The position numbers and the translations under genes were made by a program. Under the pieces are notes generated by a model. That model made no database searches and was not told the DNA's origin. It saw only the letters and a program-made list of their open reading frames with translations. This document shows, piece by piece, positions 27,667-37,796 of a stretch of 64,000 nucleotides of DNA. Source of the stretch: Kiritimatiellia bacterium (GTDB lineage Bacteria; Verrucomicrobiota; Kiritimatiellia; RFP12; UBA1067); the NCBI GenBank assembly GCA_050949565.1, contig JBMNFY010000017.1, forward strand, positions 352,001 to 416,000, in the 5' to 3' direction. Numbering within the stretch: position 1 is the first letter of the stretch; every line of letters begins with the position of its first letter.

Positions 27667-28863
27667 TCATGAACGACCGCAGGACCAAGGTAGCATTTTA
27701 TCAGCCAACAAACGAGATTCATCTGTACGAAGATCCCTGATTTCACCGCACAAGACACCCAATGCGGTTGCTAACATCTGACGGTGACTTTCGCAGGCAA
27801 CCATATGATACCACAGTAGATAATCGGAACGAACAGGATCGATGGGGTTAGCACCGCTGGAAACCATGTTTTTGATCGTCAGCAGATATTTTCTTACACA
27901 CGCCCGCAACCTCATCAGAAAAGGCACATGGAACCCCATGTACGCCGCTCCGTAGTGATCATATGATCGTAAGGCTACTTCCTGCCACAACGCCTCAAGC
28001 AAATCTGGATTGCTAAAAGGCCGGTTGCACAACTCCAAATAGCGCACCATCGTTGTATGTTCTTCGGGAGTGCTTTCTTCGATCGTAACGGTGTCTAAAT
28101 CCGTTCGTTGCCGGATCACAAAGGTCAAAGGTCGCCAACGTAGAGGCTTGGCAGCGAAATCAATTTCAGCACCTAATGACCATAGACCGTTGGGGGCGTC
28201 GCGCCACTTGTCCGGATCAACCGCAAAGTTGCCCATGCCGTAAAAAATCACGCCCTCATCATAGGTTTCATAACCCTGGGGAACATGCGAATGATGGCCA
28301 TGCACAACGGTGGCACCAGCATCAATAAAGGAGTGATACAGTTCTCGAATATAGGGTGAAGGCCAAGGAGAGTCTTCAATCGCAGCATGAACAGACACAA
28401 TCACGGTATCGACTTTTGTGCGCAACTGCCGGATCACGCGATAAACCCACGGGCCAAACTCGGCAACGCCTGCAGTATCGCGTCGCGAAACACCAAACTG
28501 AGCCTCGCAACAGGAGATGATCCCAACATCAACCCCTCTGTCACGAACAACTATCGGTTGCCTTGCCTCACCGATGTCTTTACCGGCACCGCATGACTGT
28601 ATGCCCCTAGCATTGAGAGCCTTTAAAGTTTCCTCAAGTCCTCGAACACCGAAATCCATGAGATGATTGTTAGCCAGTGCGAAAACAAATCTCGTGCAGT
28701 CTGGAAATTCACAAGAACACAGAGCGGGGCCAGCTTTGGGAATCGGCAAACAAGTATGGCCTGATGGCAAAATCGGCCCTTCCAAATTTGCCAAACAAAC
28801 ATGATCGCCTATCTTCAATTGGCATCTTTTGCTCCCTAAAGCCCAATCTCCAAGCAGAACCAT
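27667..28863 (-). CDS. CapA-family metallophosphoesterase
   Basis: LLGD, ANLEGP, LANNHLMDFG, GHHSHVPQG, YGMGNF. Confidence 0.88.
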   Translation of the reverse strand: MVLLGDWALGSKRCQLKIGDHVCLANLEGPILPSGHTCLPIPKAGPALCSCEFPDCTRFVFALANNHLMDFGVRGLEETLKALNARGIQSCGAGKDIGEARQPIVVRDRGVDVGIISCCEAQFGVSRRDTAGVAEFGPWVYRVIRQLRTKVDTVIVSVHAAIEDSPWPSPYIRELYHSFIDAGATVVHGHHSHVPQGYETYDEGVIFYGMGNFAVDPDKWRDAPNGLWSLGAEIDFAAKPLRWRPLTFVIRQRTDLDTVTIEESTPEEHTTMVRYLELCNRPFSNPDLLEALWQEVALRSYDHYGAAYMGFHVPFLMRLRACVRKYLLTIKNMVSSGANPIDPVRSDYLLWYHMVACESHRQMLATALGVLCGEIRDLRTDESRLLADKMLPWSCGRS

Positions 28864-28921
28864 TTGTCAATTATCCCTTCCCGCTTAACATGACCACGCC
28901 ACATTGAAGGAGCACTGTACA

Positions 28922-29659
28922 CTAAAGCTCAGGATTAGTAAACTGAGTGCCCTTTTCTTTTTTTCGATATAAGTAATCAAGCGGAGAGAATTGCTCCACT
29001 CTGTCATACAATGGAGAAAGTAACTTATCAACCTTTTCGATATGTTCGGTCTCGACTAGTATAATGGTCGGCGAAAACAACTTGAAATCAAGTCCATTTA
29101 AAACATGTAGTTCATATCCTTCTACATCCAATGAAAAAAAATCAATGTGCTTGAATTCAGTATCGGAAATCACAGAGGTCAGAGTCCGTCCAACAGCCTC
29201 GATTGTTTGCCCAAGAGGGTCAACGTCCATAGACCCATCAGACTTTTGCACCATCTGGGACATTAATCCACCCTGTTCATGCACCGAAATGACAAATTGC
29301 CTTCCCTCGTCGTCAGGTGCAACCAATGCACAGTTAACAACAGTATCCAAAGGGCGATTTTTTTTACACTTCAGATAAATGGGATAAACCGGCTCAATTA
29401 AAATTCCTCTCCACGCTAATGCCTTACTTAAATAATACGTATTACTCTGCGTAATACCGTCATTCGCTCCAGCTTCAATGTACACGCCCTTTTCAAAATT
29501 GAGATACCGAGAGAGTTTCTTGTCCATCTCGTATAACCCCATTCGAGACCATCTATAAACACCAAAAGCCTCGGCAACACGACGCCTGCCTCTCAGAAAG
29601 GTATCTGCTAGCCAGTAGTAACACCTAACGCCAAGAGCTGCTTTAATCAAACCCAACAT
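28922..29659 (-). CDS. FkbM-family methyltransferase
   Basis: IEAGANDGITQSNT, GILIEP, SLDVEGYEL.VL.G. Confidence 0.9.
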   Translation of the reverse strand: MLGLIKAALGVRCYYWLADTFLRGRRRVAEAFGVYRWSRMGLYEMDKKLSRYLNFEKGVYIEAGANDGITQSNTYYLSKALAWRGILIEPVYPIYLKCKKNRPLDTVVNCALVAPDDEGRQFVISVHEQGGLMSQMVQKSDGSMDVDPLGQTIEAVGRTLTSVISDTEFKHIDFFSLDVEGYELHVLNGLDFKLFSPTIILVETEHIEKVDKLLSPLYDRVEQFSPLDYLYRKKEKGTQFTNPEL

Positions 29660-29712
29660 AGGCCTAATCCCCCTTTAGAGTCTGAACTCAGTCCAAATCC
29701 AAAAATTCATTT

Positions 29713-31080
29713 CTATTCCCTTCTCGTCTCTTTGTCAGAAATCGCTTCCGTACTTTCCCCACTGCGTGACGGCAAAAATGCGGGCAACGCAACAATCAGT
29801 GCAAAAAAGAAAATATACCACGTAATGACACCAATCCTCATAAAATTTCTGTCCAATACCCACTGGATGAGCGCATCAGGAAGCACGCCTCTGAAAAAAT
29901 TGATCCCACCGATTGAATAAAGCAAACACGCTTCCAGCACGTACAAAAAACTGGCAAAAAACACAAGTCGAAATCTGCGGCATGCTAACTCATACGCTAT
30001 GTAGCAGGCAATCGCTGCGCGCAAAAGGTTAATACCACATACAACTCCAACCAAATGCGCATATGGCCGGTAAATATTCCACGAAGGGACCAGCGAAAAA
30101 ATCCAGGGGCACAGCAGATGGATGACCAGTGCAATGATTCCCCCGAATCCAAAAATCGATGCCATTGCTTGTCGATACAATGGCCGCACAGCACGGCCGG
30201 TTTCATGTCTTTCTGATACCAAAGAAAGGAAAACAACGCTAACTGCTCCCCACAGAGATGTCGGAATTTCAGCAAATCGTGAAATAAAATAATAGGCCGC
30301 CGATTCGACATCAGGGAGTCGGTGGCGGATTACGAAAACTTCGGACGCCCCTTGCAAACTTCCACTTGCCACGAGTATGGCCACCGGAATTGTAAAAAGA
30401 ACGATCTCACGCCAATTTTGCCAATACTTAACAGCAACCACTGCCCGCCCCAAGTGCTTCCTTAATGCAAAAAAAGCGTATCCTATTTTAAAGGTCTCCG
30501 ACACCAACTGCCCCGAGAAATAACCTGCAATCCCTTGTACGGGCAACATCACCAACATGACTAGCAGGCGAACAGGCGCGGTCACTGCATTAATGACAGC
30601 AACCGAAGAAAAATGCTTGAGGCCCTGCAACGCCTGAACGAACAACGGGGCAACTGTTGCACTTAATCCTGCGCACAAAACGAGCCACGTTAAATATCCT
30701 GACCCTACGCGTAAACGCAGAAAGACAGCGGGCATTAAATAATGCGCACACACGGCTGTCAGCACAGCAACAATGCCCGCCAACAAAAAAACATCATACA
30801 AAAGACGTTTAATTTTCCCCAACTCGCCACGTGTCGCAAACACATTAAGGAATTTACCAAAAGGAATGAGAATGATCGCCAGCGGCAAGCCCAGCAAACC
30901 ACCGATTTGTGACAGAGGTAGCACCGCGCCCAACTCGTCTCCCGGAATATATTTCGGTACTAGCCAAAGACCTATAAAAATGTTGATCAGGTCGCCGACC
31001 CTCTGTACAACGAACAAAATGGCCGAATACCACCAGAGTGGCCCCAACCACGCCTTGGCCTGCTTCAAAAGACGGGTCAT
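29713..31080 (-). CDS. Polysaccharide flippase (Wzx/MATE-like)
   Basis: About 12 hydrophobic segments, 455 aa, in a glycan cluster. Confidence 0.7.
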   Translation of the reverse strand: MTRLLKQAKAWLGPLWWYSAILFVVQRVGDLINIFIGLWLVPKYIPGDELGAVLPLSQIGGLLGLPLAIILIPFGKFLNVFATRGELGKIKRLLYDVFLLAGIVAVLTAVCAHYLMPAVFLRLRVGSGYLTWLVLCAGLSATVAPLFVQALQGLKHFSSVAVINAVTAPVRLLVMLVMLPVQGIAGYFSGQLVSETFKIGYAFFALRKHLGRAVVAVKYWQNWREIVLFTIPVAILVASGSLQGASEVFVIRHRLPDVESAAYYFISRFAEIPTSLWGAVSVVFLSLVSERHETGRAVRPLYRQAMASIFGFGGIIALVIHLLCPWIFSLVPSWNIYRPYAHLVGVVCGINLLRAAIACYIAYELACRRFRLVFFASFLYVLEACLLYSIGGINFFRGVLPDALIQWVLDRNFMRIGVITWYIFFFALIVALPAFLPSRSGESTEAISDKETRRE

Positions 31081-31234
31081 GCGAAGACTCCCACCCCAAA
31101 AACAAGCCCCACGTGTTTAGGCACCCTTATGAAACAGGCTTTCAGTGTGCCAATTGCGAGATCAGAAAGGCAAAACAAGATGCCGCACATTTTTCGATCG
31201 TAACCGGACATATCCCGTAACTCGCTGATCGGCA

Positions 31235-32266
31235 TCACTCTTTCTGCCATGTATCCCGCAAAACAGGGGACTGTTTGAATCCGAAAAGTTTGCCCAGCGT
31301 TGCCCAGCCGTACATCCAGAGCGTGATCCAGCATACGGGGATGTGATAGAGCCAGGCACGATCTGGCTTGCGCGCGAAGCCGCGCGCCATTTGAATGAGC
31401 AGCGGCACAATCAATACTGTCGATAGGCAGAAGAGCACGATGCCTGACCGCTTCTGGCGATCCCACGGGTAGGTGCGCTGCTTCTCTTGCGCGAAGTAGA
31501 GGAAGTCGCGGATGCGCCGCTGCTGCTTGCGCTTGAAGTCCGACAGGCGCGCACAGTAGAGATGCACGATGCCGGTCTTGACCTTGGCCACCTGCGTAAA
31601 GCCGGCGCGCACGGCTTGATGCACCACGTCGATGTCAAAAAAGTAGGGCGACCACACCACGTGCTCCAATAGCGAACGCCGAAAAACAAAACCGTTCGCG
31701 CCGATGGTCGGCAAGGCTTCTTCAGAAAGCGTCAGTTCAAGATAGTCGCCACGGTCCGTCTGTGGAACCTTCAGTCCAGTCCACGTGCCGGTGATAGCGC
31801 ATAGGCGGTCGTAATTGCGCGTGAACAGGCAGAGCGGGTCGTTCATGCCGAGCAGAGCGAAGTAGCGGGTCAGCGCCGGATCTTCCGGCCGGACTGTGTA
31901 GGCGATCGGCTCGCTCGCCACGATCTGCGGATTGTCGAACGGTGCCACCATCCGCTGCAGCCACTCTGCATCGGGCAGGATGTTATCACTGTCCACCAGT
32001 GCGATGATGTCGCCGGATGCCGCTTGGATGCCAGCAGCCTTGCCGGCCTCGCCAGTCTTGAGCGGGTTCTCGACGATCTTGTCCACACCGCAGGCGCGCG
32101 CGATCTCCAGCGTATCGTCTGTCGAGCCGGCATCCGCTATCACGATCTCGCAGCGGCCCTGCGGAAACTTCTGCGCAGTAATCGCTTGAAGGCACGCCTG
32201 CAGGGTCTTCCCGGAGTTCAGGGTCGGGATAACCACACTCACATACGGAACGGCGTCCTGCTGCAT
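31235..32266 (-). CDS. Glycosyltransferase family 2
   Basis: VSVVIPTLNS, IADAGSTDDT, LVDSDN; start chosen at the ATG with an AAGGA RBS. Confidence 0.88.
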   Translation of the reverse strand: MQQDAVPYVSVVIPTLNSGKTLQACLQAITAQKFPQGRCEIVIADAGSTDDTLEIARACGVDKIVENPLKTGEAGKAAGIQAASGDIIALVDSDNILPDAEWLQRMVAPFDNPQIVASEPIAYTVRPEDPALTRYFALLGMNDPLCLFTRNYDRLCAITGTWTGLKVPQTDRGDYLELTLSEEALPTIGANGFVFRRSLLEHVVWSPYFFDIDVVHQAVRAGFTQVAKVKTGIVHLYCARLSDFKRKQQRRIRDFLYFAQEKQRTYPWDRQKRSGIVLFCLSTVLIVPLLIQMARGFARKPDRAWLYHIPVCWITLWMYGWATLGKLFGFKQSPVLRDTWQKE

Positions 32267-32528
32267 ATCCTTTTCTCGCATCCGGGAATCACTCCAACAA
32301 CCACAAAAAAACGGCCGAGACCTTTTCGAAACGTTCCGGCCATTCAAATGACCCAAACAAGGTACCATTCTGTTGGCCTTTTGACCACAAGATCCTTAGT
32401 TCAGGTGAAAATCAATCATACCCGAGAATTGACCCGTCTCCCGAATCCCGCTATATTTGTGGGTCTTTACAGGGCGGCGCATGCCCGCAGCGTGTGGCGC
32501 AGAAGTTTCGCCAAGGAGTTCATCATCA

Positions 32529-33911
32529 ATGAAGGCAGTAGGTTCCGAATTCCCATTTTTTGACGACGCTCTCGTCAAGCGCTATGCGGACAAGATTCGT
32601 GCGACAGGCAAGATTGATCTGAGCCTGTATGAAAAATACAATGTCAAACGCGGCCTGCGTAATGCAGACAGCACCGGCGTACTCGTCGGCTTGACCGCCA
32701 TTGGCAGTGTTCACGGCTACATGATCTCGGAGAGCGAAAAGATCTCTGTTCCGGGAAAACTCTTCTACCGCGGCATCGACGTGAACGACTTGGTGAAAGG
32801 TTTCCAAGAAGAACAGCGACCTGGTTTCGAGGAGACCGCCTACCTGTTGCTCTTCGGTGACCTGCCCAACACACAGGAACTCCAGGTTTGGAACGACTTG
32901 TTGGATACCTGCCGGCGTCTGCCGGACGGTTTTAAAGAGAGCGTAATCATCCGTTCGCCGGGCAAGGACATCATGAACAGCATCGCGCGCACGGTGCTGA
33001 TGGCCTATCTCTATGACCCGACACCGGATCAACTGGATATCGAGACAACGCTGCGCCAAAGCATCTCGCTAATTGCTAAATTCCCGGTGATCGCTGCCTA
33101 CGCCTACCAAGCCAAAGCCCACTACCACATGGGACACAGCTTGTTGATGCGTTACCCGGAAGTCGGGAAAAGCACCGCTGAAAACCTCCTGCTGCTAATC
33201 CGCGAAGACGGTATCTATACACCGCTGGAGGCCGAACTGCTCGACCTCTGCCTGGTGTTGCACGCCGAACACGGCGGCGGCAACAACTCCGCCTTTACCA
33301 CGCACGTCGTATCGTCGTCGTTCACCGACACCTACGCTGCTGTGACTGCCGCCACACTTTCACTGAAGGGCCTGCGCCACGGCGGCGCCAACCTGCGTGT
33401 GATGGAGCAGATGCGCGAAATCAAAGAGCACGTCAGGCGATGGGACGATGACGACGAGGTCGCCGCCTACCTCACCCGTATCCTCAACAAGGAGGCAGGC
33501 GACGGCACGGGGCTGATCTACGGCCTCGGACATGCGGTCTACACACTCTCTGACCCACGCACTGAAATCCTGCGCGAAAAGGCGCGCGCGCTGGCCCACG
33601 CCAAGGGCCGCGATGAGGAGATGGCGCTCTATGAGACCATCGAGCGCCTCGGCCCCGAACTCTTCAACAAGAATCGCGCCAAGCCGCGTGACCTCTGCGC
33701 CAACGTGGACTTTTTCTCGGGCTTCGTCTACGACATGCTCAACATCCCAGTTGACCTTTATACGCCGATCTTTGCGGTCTCACGTGTGGTCGGCTGGTGC
33801 GCACACCGCATCGAGGAGCTGCTCAACAGCGGACCAATCATCCGGCCGGCCTACAAGGCGGTTTTCGAGCAACGCCCATACACGCCTATGGCCGAGCGAA
33901 GCGAAGACTGA
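32529..33911 (+). CDS. gltA: Citrate synthase
   Basis: GKLFYRG, LHAEHGGGNNS, GLRHGGAN, GLGHAVY..SDPR, ANVDFFSG, SRVVGWCAH. Confidence 0.93.
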   Translation: MKAVGSEFPFFDDALVKRYADKIRATGKIDLSLYEKYNVKRGLRNADSTGVLVGLTAIGSVHGYMISESEKISVPGKLFYRGIDVNDLVKGFQEEQRPGFEETAYLLLFGDLPNTQELQVWNDLLDTCRRLPDGFKESVIIRSPGKDIMNSIARTVLMAYLYDPTPDQLDIETTLRQSISLIAKFPVIAAYAYQAKAHYHMGHSLLMRYPEVGKSTAENLLLLIREDGIYTPLEAELLDLCLVLHAEHGGGNNSAFTTHVVSSSFTDTYAAVTAATLSLKGLRHGGANLRVMEQMREIKEHVRRWDDDDEVAAYLTRILNKEAGDGTGLIYGLGHAVYTLSDPRTEILREKARALAHAKGRDEEMALYETIERLGPELFNKNRAKPRDLCANVDFFSGFVYDMLNIPVDLYTPIFAVSRVVGWCAHRIEELLNSGPIIRPAYKAVFEQRPYTPMAERSED

Positions 33912-33913
33912 AC

Positions 33914-35086
33914 ATGGAGATCCGGAATTACAAACCTACAATGCGCTACCGCCCCTTCGGCGCCCGGACTAACGTACTTGTGTCGATGCTGGGCATCGGT
34001 GCCATGCGCCTGCCGCTGACGCCGGAGGGTGCGATTGACGAGACGCGTGCCAATGAACTGATTGAGACAGGTCTGGAAGGCGGTATCAACTACATTGACA
34101 CTGCCTATGTCTACAACGACGGCGCAAGTGAAATGATCGTGGGCGATACGTTGCAACGTGGCTGGCGCGACAAGATATACGTCGCCACCAAGATGCCGGT
34201 CTGGGAGTTGGAGAAGCCCGGCGATCAGGAGCCGTTCCTCCGCACGCAACTCGAACGCTTGCGCATGGACCAGATCGACTTCTATCTGTTGCATTCGCTT
34301 AACGCGCGCTATTGGCAGAATGTCCTGCGCTCTGACTCGCTGGCTTGGCTGGACGAGGAGAAACGGCGCGGCCGCATCCGGTTCGCTGGCTTTTCGTTTC
34401 ATGACGATTTCGACGTATTCAAAACAATCATCGACGCTTACGACTGGGATTTCTGCCAGATCCAGTACAACTACGCGCAACACGATATTCAGGCCGGTAC
34501 GCGCGGCCTGCAGTACGCGCACAGCAAAGGGATCGGCGTTTCGATCATGGAGCCCCTCTTCGGCGGCTTCCTGACCGGACCGCAAATGCCGCCCGGCGCG
34601 AACCAATTGTTTGAAGAGAATGGTGTAAACCCCGTGGCAAGCGCGTTGCGCTGGGTCTGGAACCAGCCCGAGCCGGCGGTCGTGCTGAGCGGCATGAATG
34701 AGAAATATCAGGTGAAGGAAAACCTGCGCATCGTTGAGACAGCCGATGTCGGAGTGCTGACCGAACGTGAGCGGCAGGTGCTGGAACAGGTCTGTAGCTA
34801 CATGCGCGAGAATGTGCCGATCCCCTGCAGTAAGTGCGGTTACTGCCTGAAGAGCTGTCCGGTGGGTGTCAAGATCCCGGTCGTCTTTGACCTCTTCAAC
34901 AAGCATTTGCTGGTCGACCGCAAACACACGTTGCAACCGGCGCTCTATCGCGGCATGCTCCCTTCGGAAAAAGCATCCGCCTGCGTACAGTGTGGCGCCT
35001 GTAAGAAACATTGTCCGCAGTCGATCGATATTCCCTCCTGGCTGGGGAAGGTAGCTGCCGAATTCGAAGGAGAAAAGACCTCATGA
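33914..35086 (+). CDS. Aldo/keto reductase with C-terminal 4Fe-4S domain
   Basis: GAMRLP, YIDTAYVY, IDFYLLH, CSKCGYCL..CP and CVQCGACKKHCPQ. Confidence 0.92.
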   Translation: MEIRNYKPTMRYRPFGARTNVLVSMLGIGAMRLPLTPEGAIDETRANELIETGLEGGINYIDTAYVYNDGASEMIVGDTLQRGWRDKIYVATKMPVWELEKPGDQEPFLRTQLERLRMDQIDFYLLHSLNARYWQNVLRSDSLAWLDEEKRRGRIRFAGFSFHDDFDVFKTIIDAYDWDFCQIQYNYAQHDIQAGTRGLQYAHSKGIGVSIMEPLFGGFLTGPQMPPGANQLFEENGVNPVASALRWVWNQPEPAVVLSGMNEKYQVKENLRIVETADVGVLTERERQVLEQVCSYMRENVPIPCSKCGYCLKSCPVGVKIPVVFDLFNKHLLVDRKHTLQPALYRGMLPSEKASACVQCGACKKHCPQSIDIPSWLGKVAAEFEGEKTS

Positions 35087-36024
35087 CCAACGAAGCCCAG
35101 CAAGCCGCCTCCGAACTGATCCCAAAGCCCATCGCCGAGGTTCAGCAGGTGCTGGCCGACGAAGTCTCGCAAGGACGCGAGTTCGTCGACATTGCGCTAC
35201 GCTGGCTGGCCGAGAACGGCATCAGTTTCGTGGTCAACGTACTGGTCGCGCTGTTGCTGCTCGCGATTGGCATGGTGGTGATCCGCGTCTTGACGCGTAC
35301 GACCCAAAAAGCGTTAGGGAGATCCGGTCGCGTGAACGCGCTGCTCCAAAATTTCCTTTGCAGCGTGGTGAACAAAACCGCGTGGGTGCTGTTGTTGATG
35401 ATCGTGATACAGCGCCTCGGCGTCAACATCGCGCCGCTGATCGCCGGTCTGGGCGTCACCGGCTTCATCCTCGGCTTTGCCTTTCAGGAGTCGCTCGGTA
35501 ACCTCGCCGCAGGCATGATGATCGCCATCAACCAACCGTTCCAGATCGGCGACTATGTGACGGTCGGCACGATCAGCGGCACGGTCAGAGAACTCAACAT
35601 GATGGCCGCCACGCTCTTCACGGCAGACAACATCAAGGTGCTGGTGCCGAACAAGGTCATCTGGGGAGCGCCGATCACCAACTACACCGCCACCGACAAG
35701 CGCCGCATTCAAATCGCGGTCAACATCGCCTACGGCGCGGACATCTCTAAAGCCAAGCGCGTCGCCCTTGATGTGCTGCGCGCCGATCCGCGCGTGCTGG
35801 ACGATCCCGCGCCAATCGCCGAGGTCATCGCCATGGGCGACTCCGCAGTCAATCTGGTGTTGCGCCCCTGGACCACGCCTTCAGACTACTGGGCGACCTT
35901 CTTCGCGCTCAACCAAGCGGTCAAAGAAGCGTTCGACCGTGAGGGCGTCAAGATCCCCCTCCCGCAGATGGACATCCGCGTCAAAAGCAGCATCCCGAGC
36001 GGCGAGCCGCCCAGTAAGGGCTGA
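35083..36024 (+). CDS. mscS: Small-conductance mechanosensitive channel
   Basis: GFAFQESLGNLAAG, PFQIGDYV, VPN, ITNYT, IPLPQ. Confidence 0.92.
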   Translation: MTNEAQQAASELIPKPIAEVQQVLADEVSQGREFVDIALRWLAENGISFVVNVLVALLLLAIGMVVIRVLTRTTQKALGRSGRVNALLQNFLCSVVNKTAWVLLLMIVIQRLGVNIAPLIAGLGVTGFILGFAFQESLGNLAAGMMIAINQPFQIGDYVTVGTISGTVRELNMMAATLFTADNIKVLVPNKVIWGAPITNYTATDKRRIQIAVNIAYGADISKAKRVALDVLRADPRVLDDPAPIAEVIAMGDSAVNLVLRPWTTPSDYWATFFALNQAVKEAFDREGVKIPLPQMDIRVKSSIPSGEPPSKG

Positions 36025-36037
36025 AAAGAGCGCAACG

Positions 36038-37780
36038 CTACGGCGTTGCGTCACCTTCGAGGGTGGCGGCGGGGAGCCAGCCGCGGCGGCCTGCGGCGTC
36101 GATGCGCACCCAAGGGCCCGCCTGTTCGAGCGGCACAACCGTACTGCCGGGATTGAGCGTGAAGAGCAACGCGCTTTGCTGCGAAGGCGCAAAGCGCACC
36201 TCCGCGCGTCGTGTGAGGTGGCGCGTGGAGAGCGCTGTCTTGCTATGCAGCCGGTATCCTGTCGCCAGGCTGCCCACTAAAATCAGCAGCCCGACACCCG
36301 CCGCAAGCACTTTGTGCGTCCCGACCAACAGGAAGAACACGAAAAACGCCACCAGCACGCCGCCGCCTGCCACCAGTAGCGGCACGCTGTGACGCAGCGT
36401 CTGATCCACCTGTTCGCGCGTGATGATCTGCGCGTGGGTAACGGAAGTTTTCGGATATGCGGTGTCGATCACACGCACCTCTTCGGTCACGGCCGCGTCT
36501 TGGGTCACGCCGAAGGTCAAGCGGAAAGGCCCTGCCACGCTCTCTTCATACTTTCCGGTCGCGGGATTGAAGAAGCTGAAACGCGTTGCCGCAATCTCGG
36601 TGGCGTTGGTACTCTGCGGAATGAAGACCTGTTCGCTCTTCAGATGTGTCGCTTCGCGCAACAGCTCTTTCGGCGGATAACGCTTGAAGTACGGTGAATC
36701 GGGCGGCGCAGGCATAGCCGCCTGATCGCCGAGCCATCCCTCGCCGCTCAGTTCAAGCGAAAGCGTGATGATGTCGCCGGGCTGCACGGTGTTCTGCGAG
36801 AGTTTTCCTTCGAGGTTGAAGTTGCCGATCGCGCCGGAGAAGTTGTCGGGACGCCCGGCTTCGGGCAACGGCCTCACGCGCAGCGTGAACGGCTCAAGCT
36901 GCTTTTGCTTGGGGAACGACTGCCAATGCGAGAAGAAGCCGGCGGAACGCCGTTCGACCAGCATGCAGTGTACCTGCGGCCTGAAAACACGGTCGATCGG
37001 CTGGTGGCAGCGCGCCTTAGCGATGAAACGGTGCATCGTGAAGGTCTGCGTACCGCGTGTGACGCGGCTGCCTTCGGCGTTCTCAAGCCGTCCGACGGTG
37101 ATCAAATCGGGATTGTTCGGAAAACCGGTGACCCGCACATCCTCCACCTCGCTGCCGAACGTGACCTCAAGTTCAAAGTGAATCTCGAACGCCTGATTCA
37201 CATAGAGCGTCTCGGGCACCGTCTTGAAGCGTCCGCCCAGAATCTCACCCGCATGCACCGGTAGCGCGAGCAGCAGAAGCAGGCTCAACCAGCGGGCAGA
37301 ACAACGCATCGAAAGTTTGATAACGCAGAGACGCAGAGGCGCAGAGGTTTTTACGGGATGGCGTCGTGACCGCAGAAAGTTGAAAGTTGAGCGTTGAAAG
37401 TTGAGCGTTGAAAGTTTTTTTAACGCAGAGACGCGGAGACGCAGAGATCTTTTACGGGGTGGCGGCGTGACCGCCGCTGGGAGGGGCAAGCGTCTGCTTG
37501 CCCGCGGACGAGCAGACGCTCGTCCCTCCCGGTGCTCCGCAATGGAACCTGAAGTCATCCTTCCGCACAGCGGAAGGCGGCTCGTGGGGACACTCGCCCT
37601 CCATTGCTCGTCCCGGCGGCTCGTGGGGACACTCGCCCTCCATTGCTCGTCCCGGCGGCTCGTGAGGACACTCGCCCTCCATTGCTCGCCTCGGCGTCTC
37701 GTGAGGACACTCGCCCTCCAAATCATGTCAATCATGTCAATCATGTCAAAAAAACCTGAAACCAAGGGACGTGTACGCAT
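36038..37780 (-). CDS. BatD-like protein with C-terminal SH3-like domain; first 157 codons are repeat-derived (alternative start 37309)
   Basis: LPEAGRPDNFSGAIG, F.FFNPATGKYE, TM segments, W.RI..GRRGW SH3-like tail. Confidence 0.75.
   Translation of the reverse strand: MRTRPLVSGFFDMIDMIDMIWRASVLTRRRGEQWRASVLTSRRDEQWRASVPTSRRDEQWRASVPTSRLPLCGRMTSGSIAEHREGRASARPRASRRLPLPAAVTPPPRKRSLRLRVSALKKLSTLNFQRSTFNFLRSRRHPVKTSAPLRLCVIKLSMRCSARWLSLLLLLALPVHAGEILGGRFKTVPETLYVNQAFEIHFELEVTFGSEVEDVRVTGFPNNPDLITVGRLENAEGSRVTRGTQTFTMHRFIAKARCHQPIDRVFRPQVHCMLVERRSAGFFSHWQSFPKQKQLEPFTLRVRPLPEAGRPDNFSGAIGNFNLEGKLSQNTVQPGDIITLSLELSGEGWLGDQAAMPAPPDSPYFKRYPPKELLREATHLKSEQVFIPQSTNATEIAATRFSFFNPATGKYEESVAGPFRLTFGVTQDAAVTEEVRVIDTAYPKTSVTHAQIITREQVDQTLRHSVPLLVAGGGVLVAFFVFFLLVGTHKVLAAGVGLLILVGSLATGYRLHSKTALSTRHLTRRAEVRFAPSQQSALLFTLNPGSTVVPLEQAGPWVRIDAAGRRGWLPAATLEGDATP
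37310..37770. repeat. Repeat mosaic including a 39-bp tandem (37576-37720, about 3.7 copies), (ATCATGTCA)x3, heptamers and AACGCAGAGACGC units
   Basis: Directly visible; modules recur at ~22630-22840, ~53375-53430 and ~55200-55350. Confidence 0.9.
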
Positions 37781-37796
37781 CAGCCGTCTTTACCCC

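Noticed and set aside
37576-37720. 39-bp periodic repeat as a CRISPR array
   Set aside because: The inter-repeat segments are 11 bp and nearly identical, so this is a tandem amplification of a REP-like unit; no cas genes
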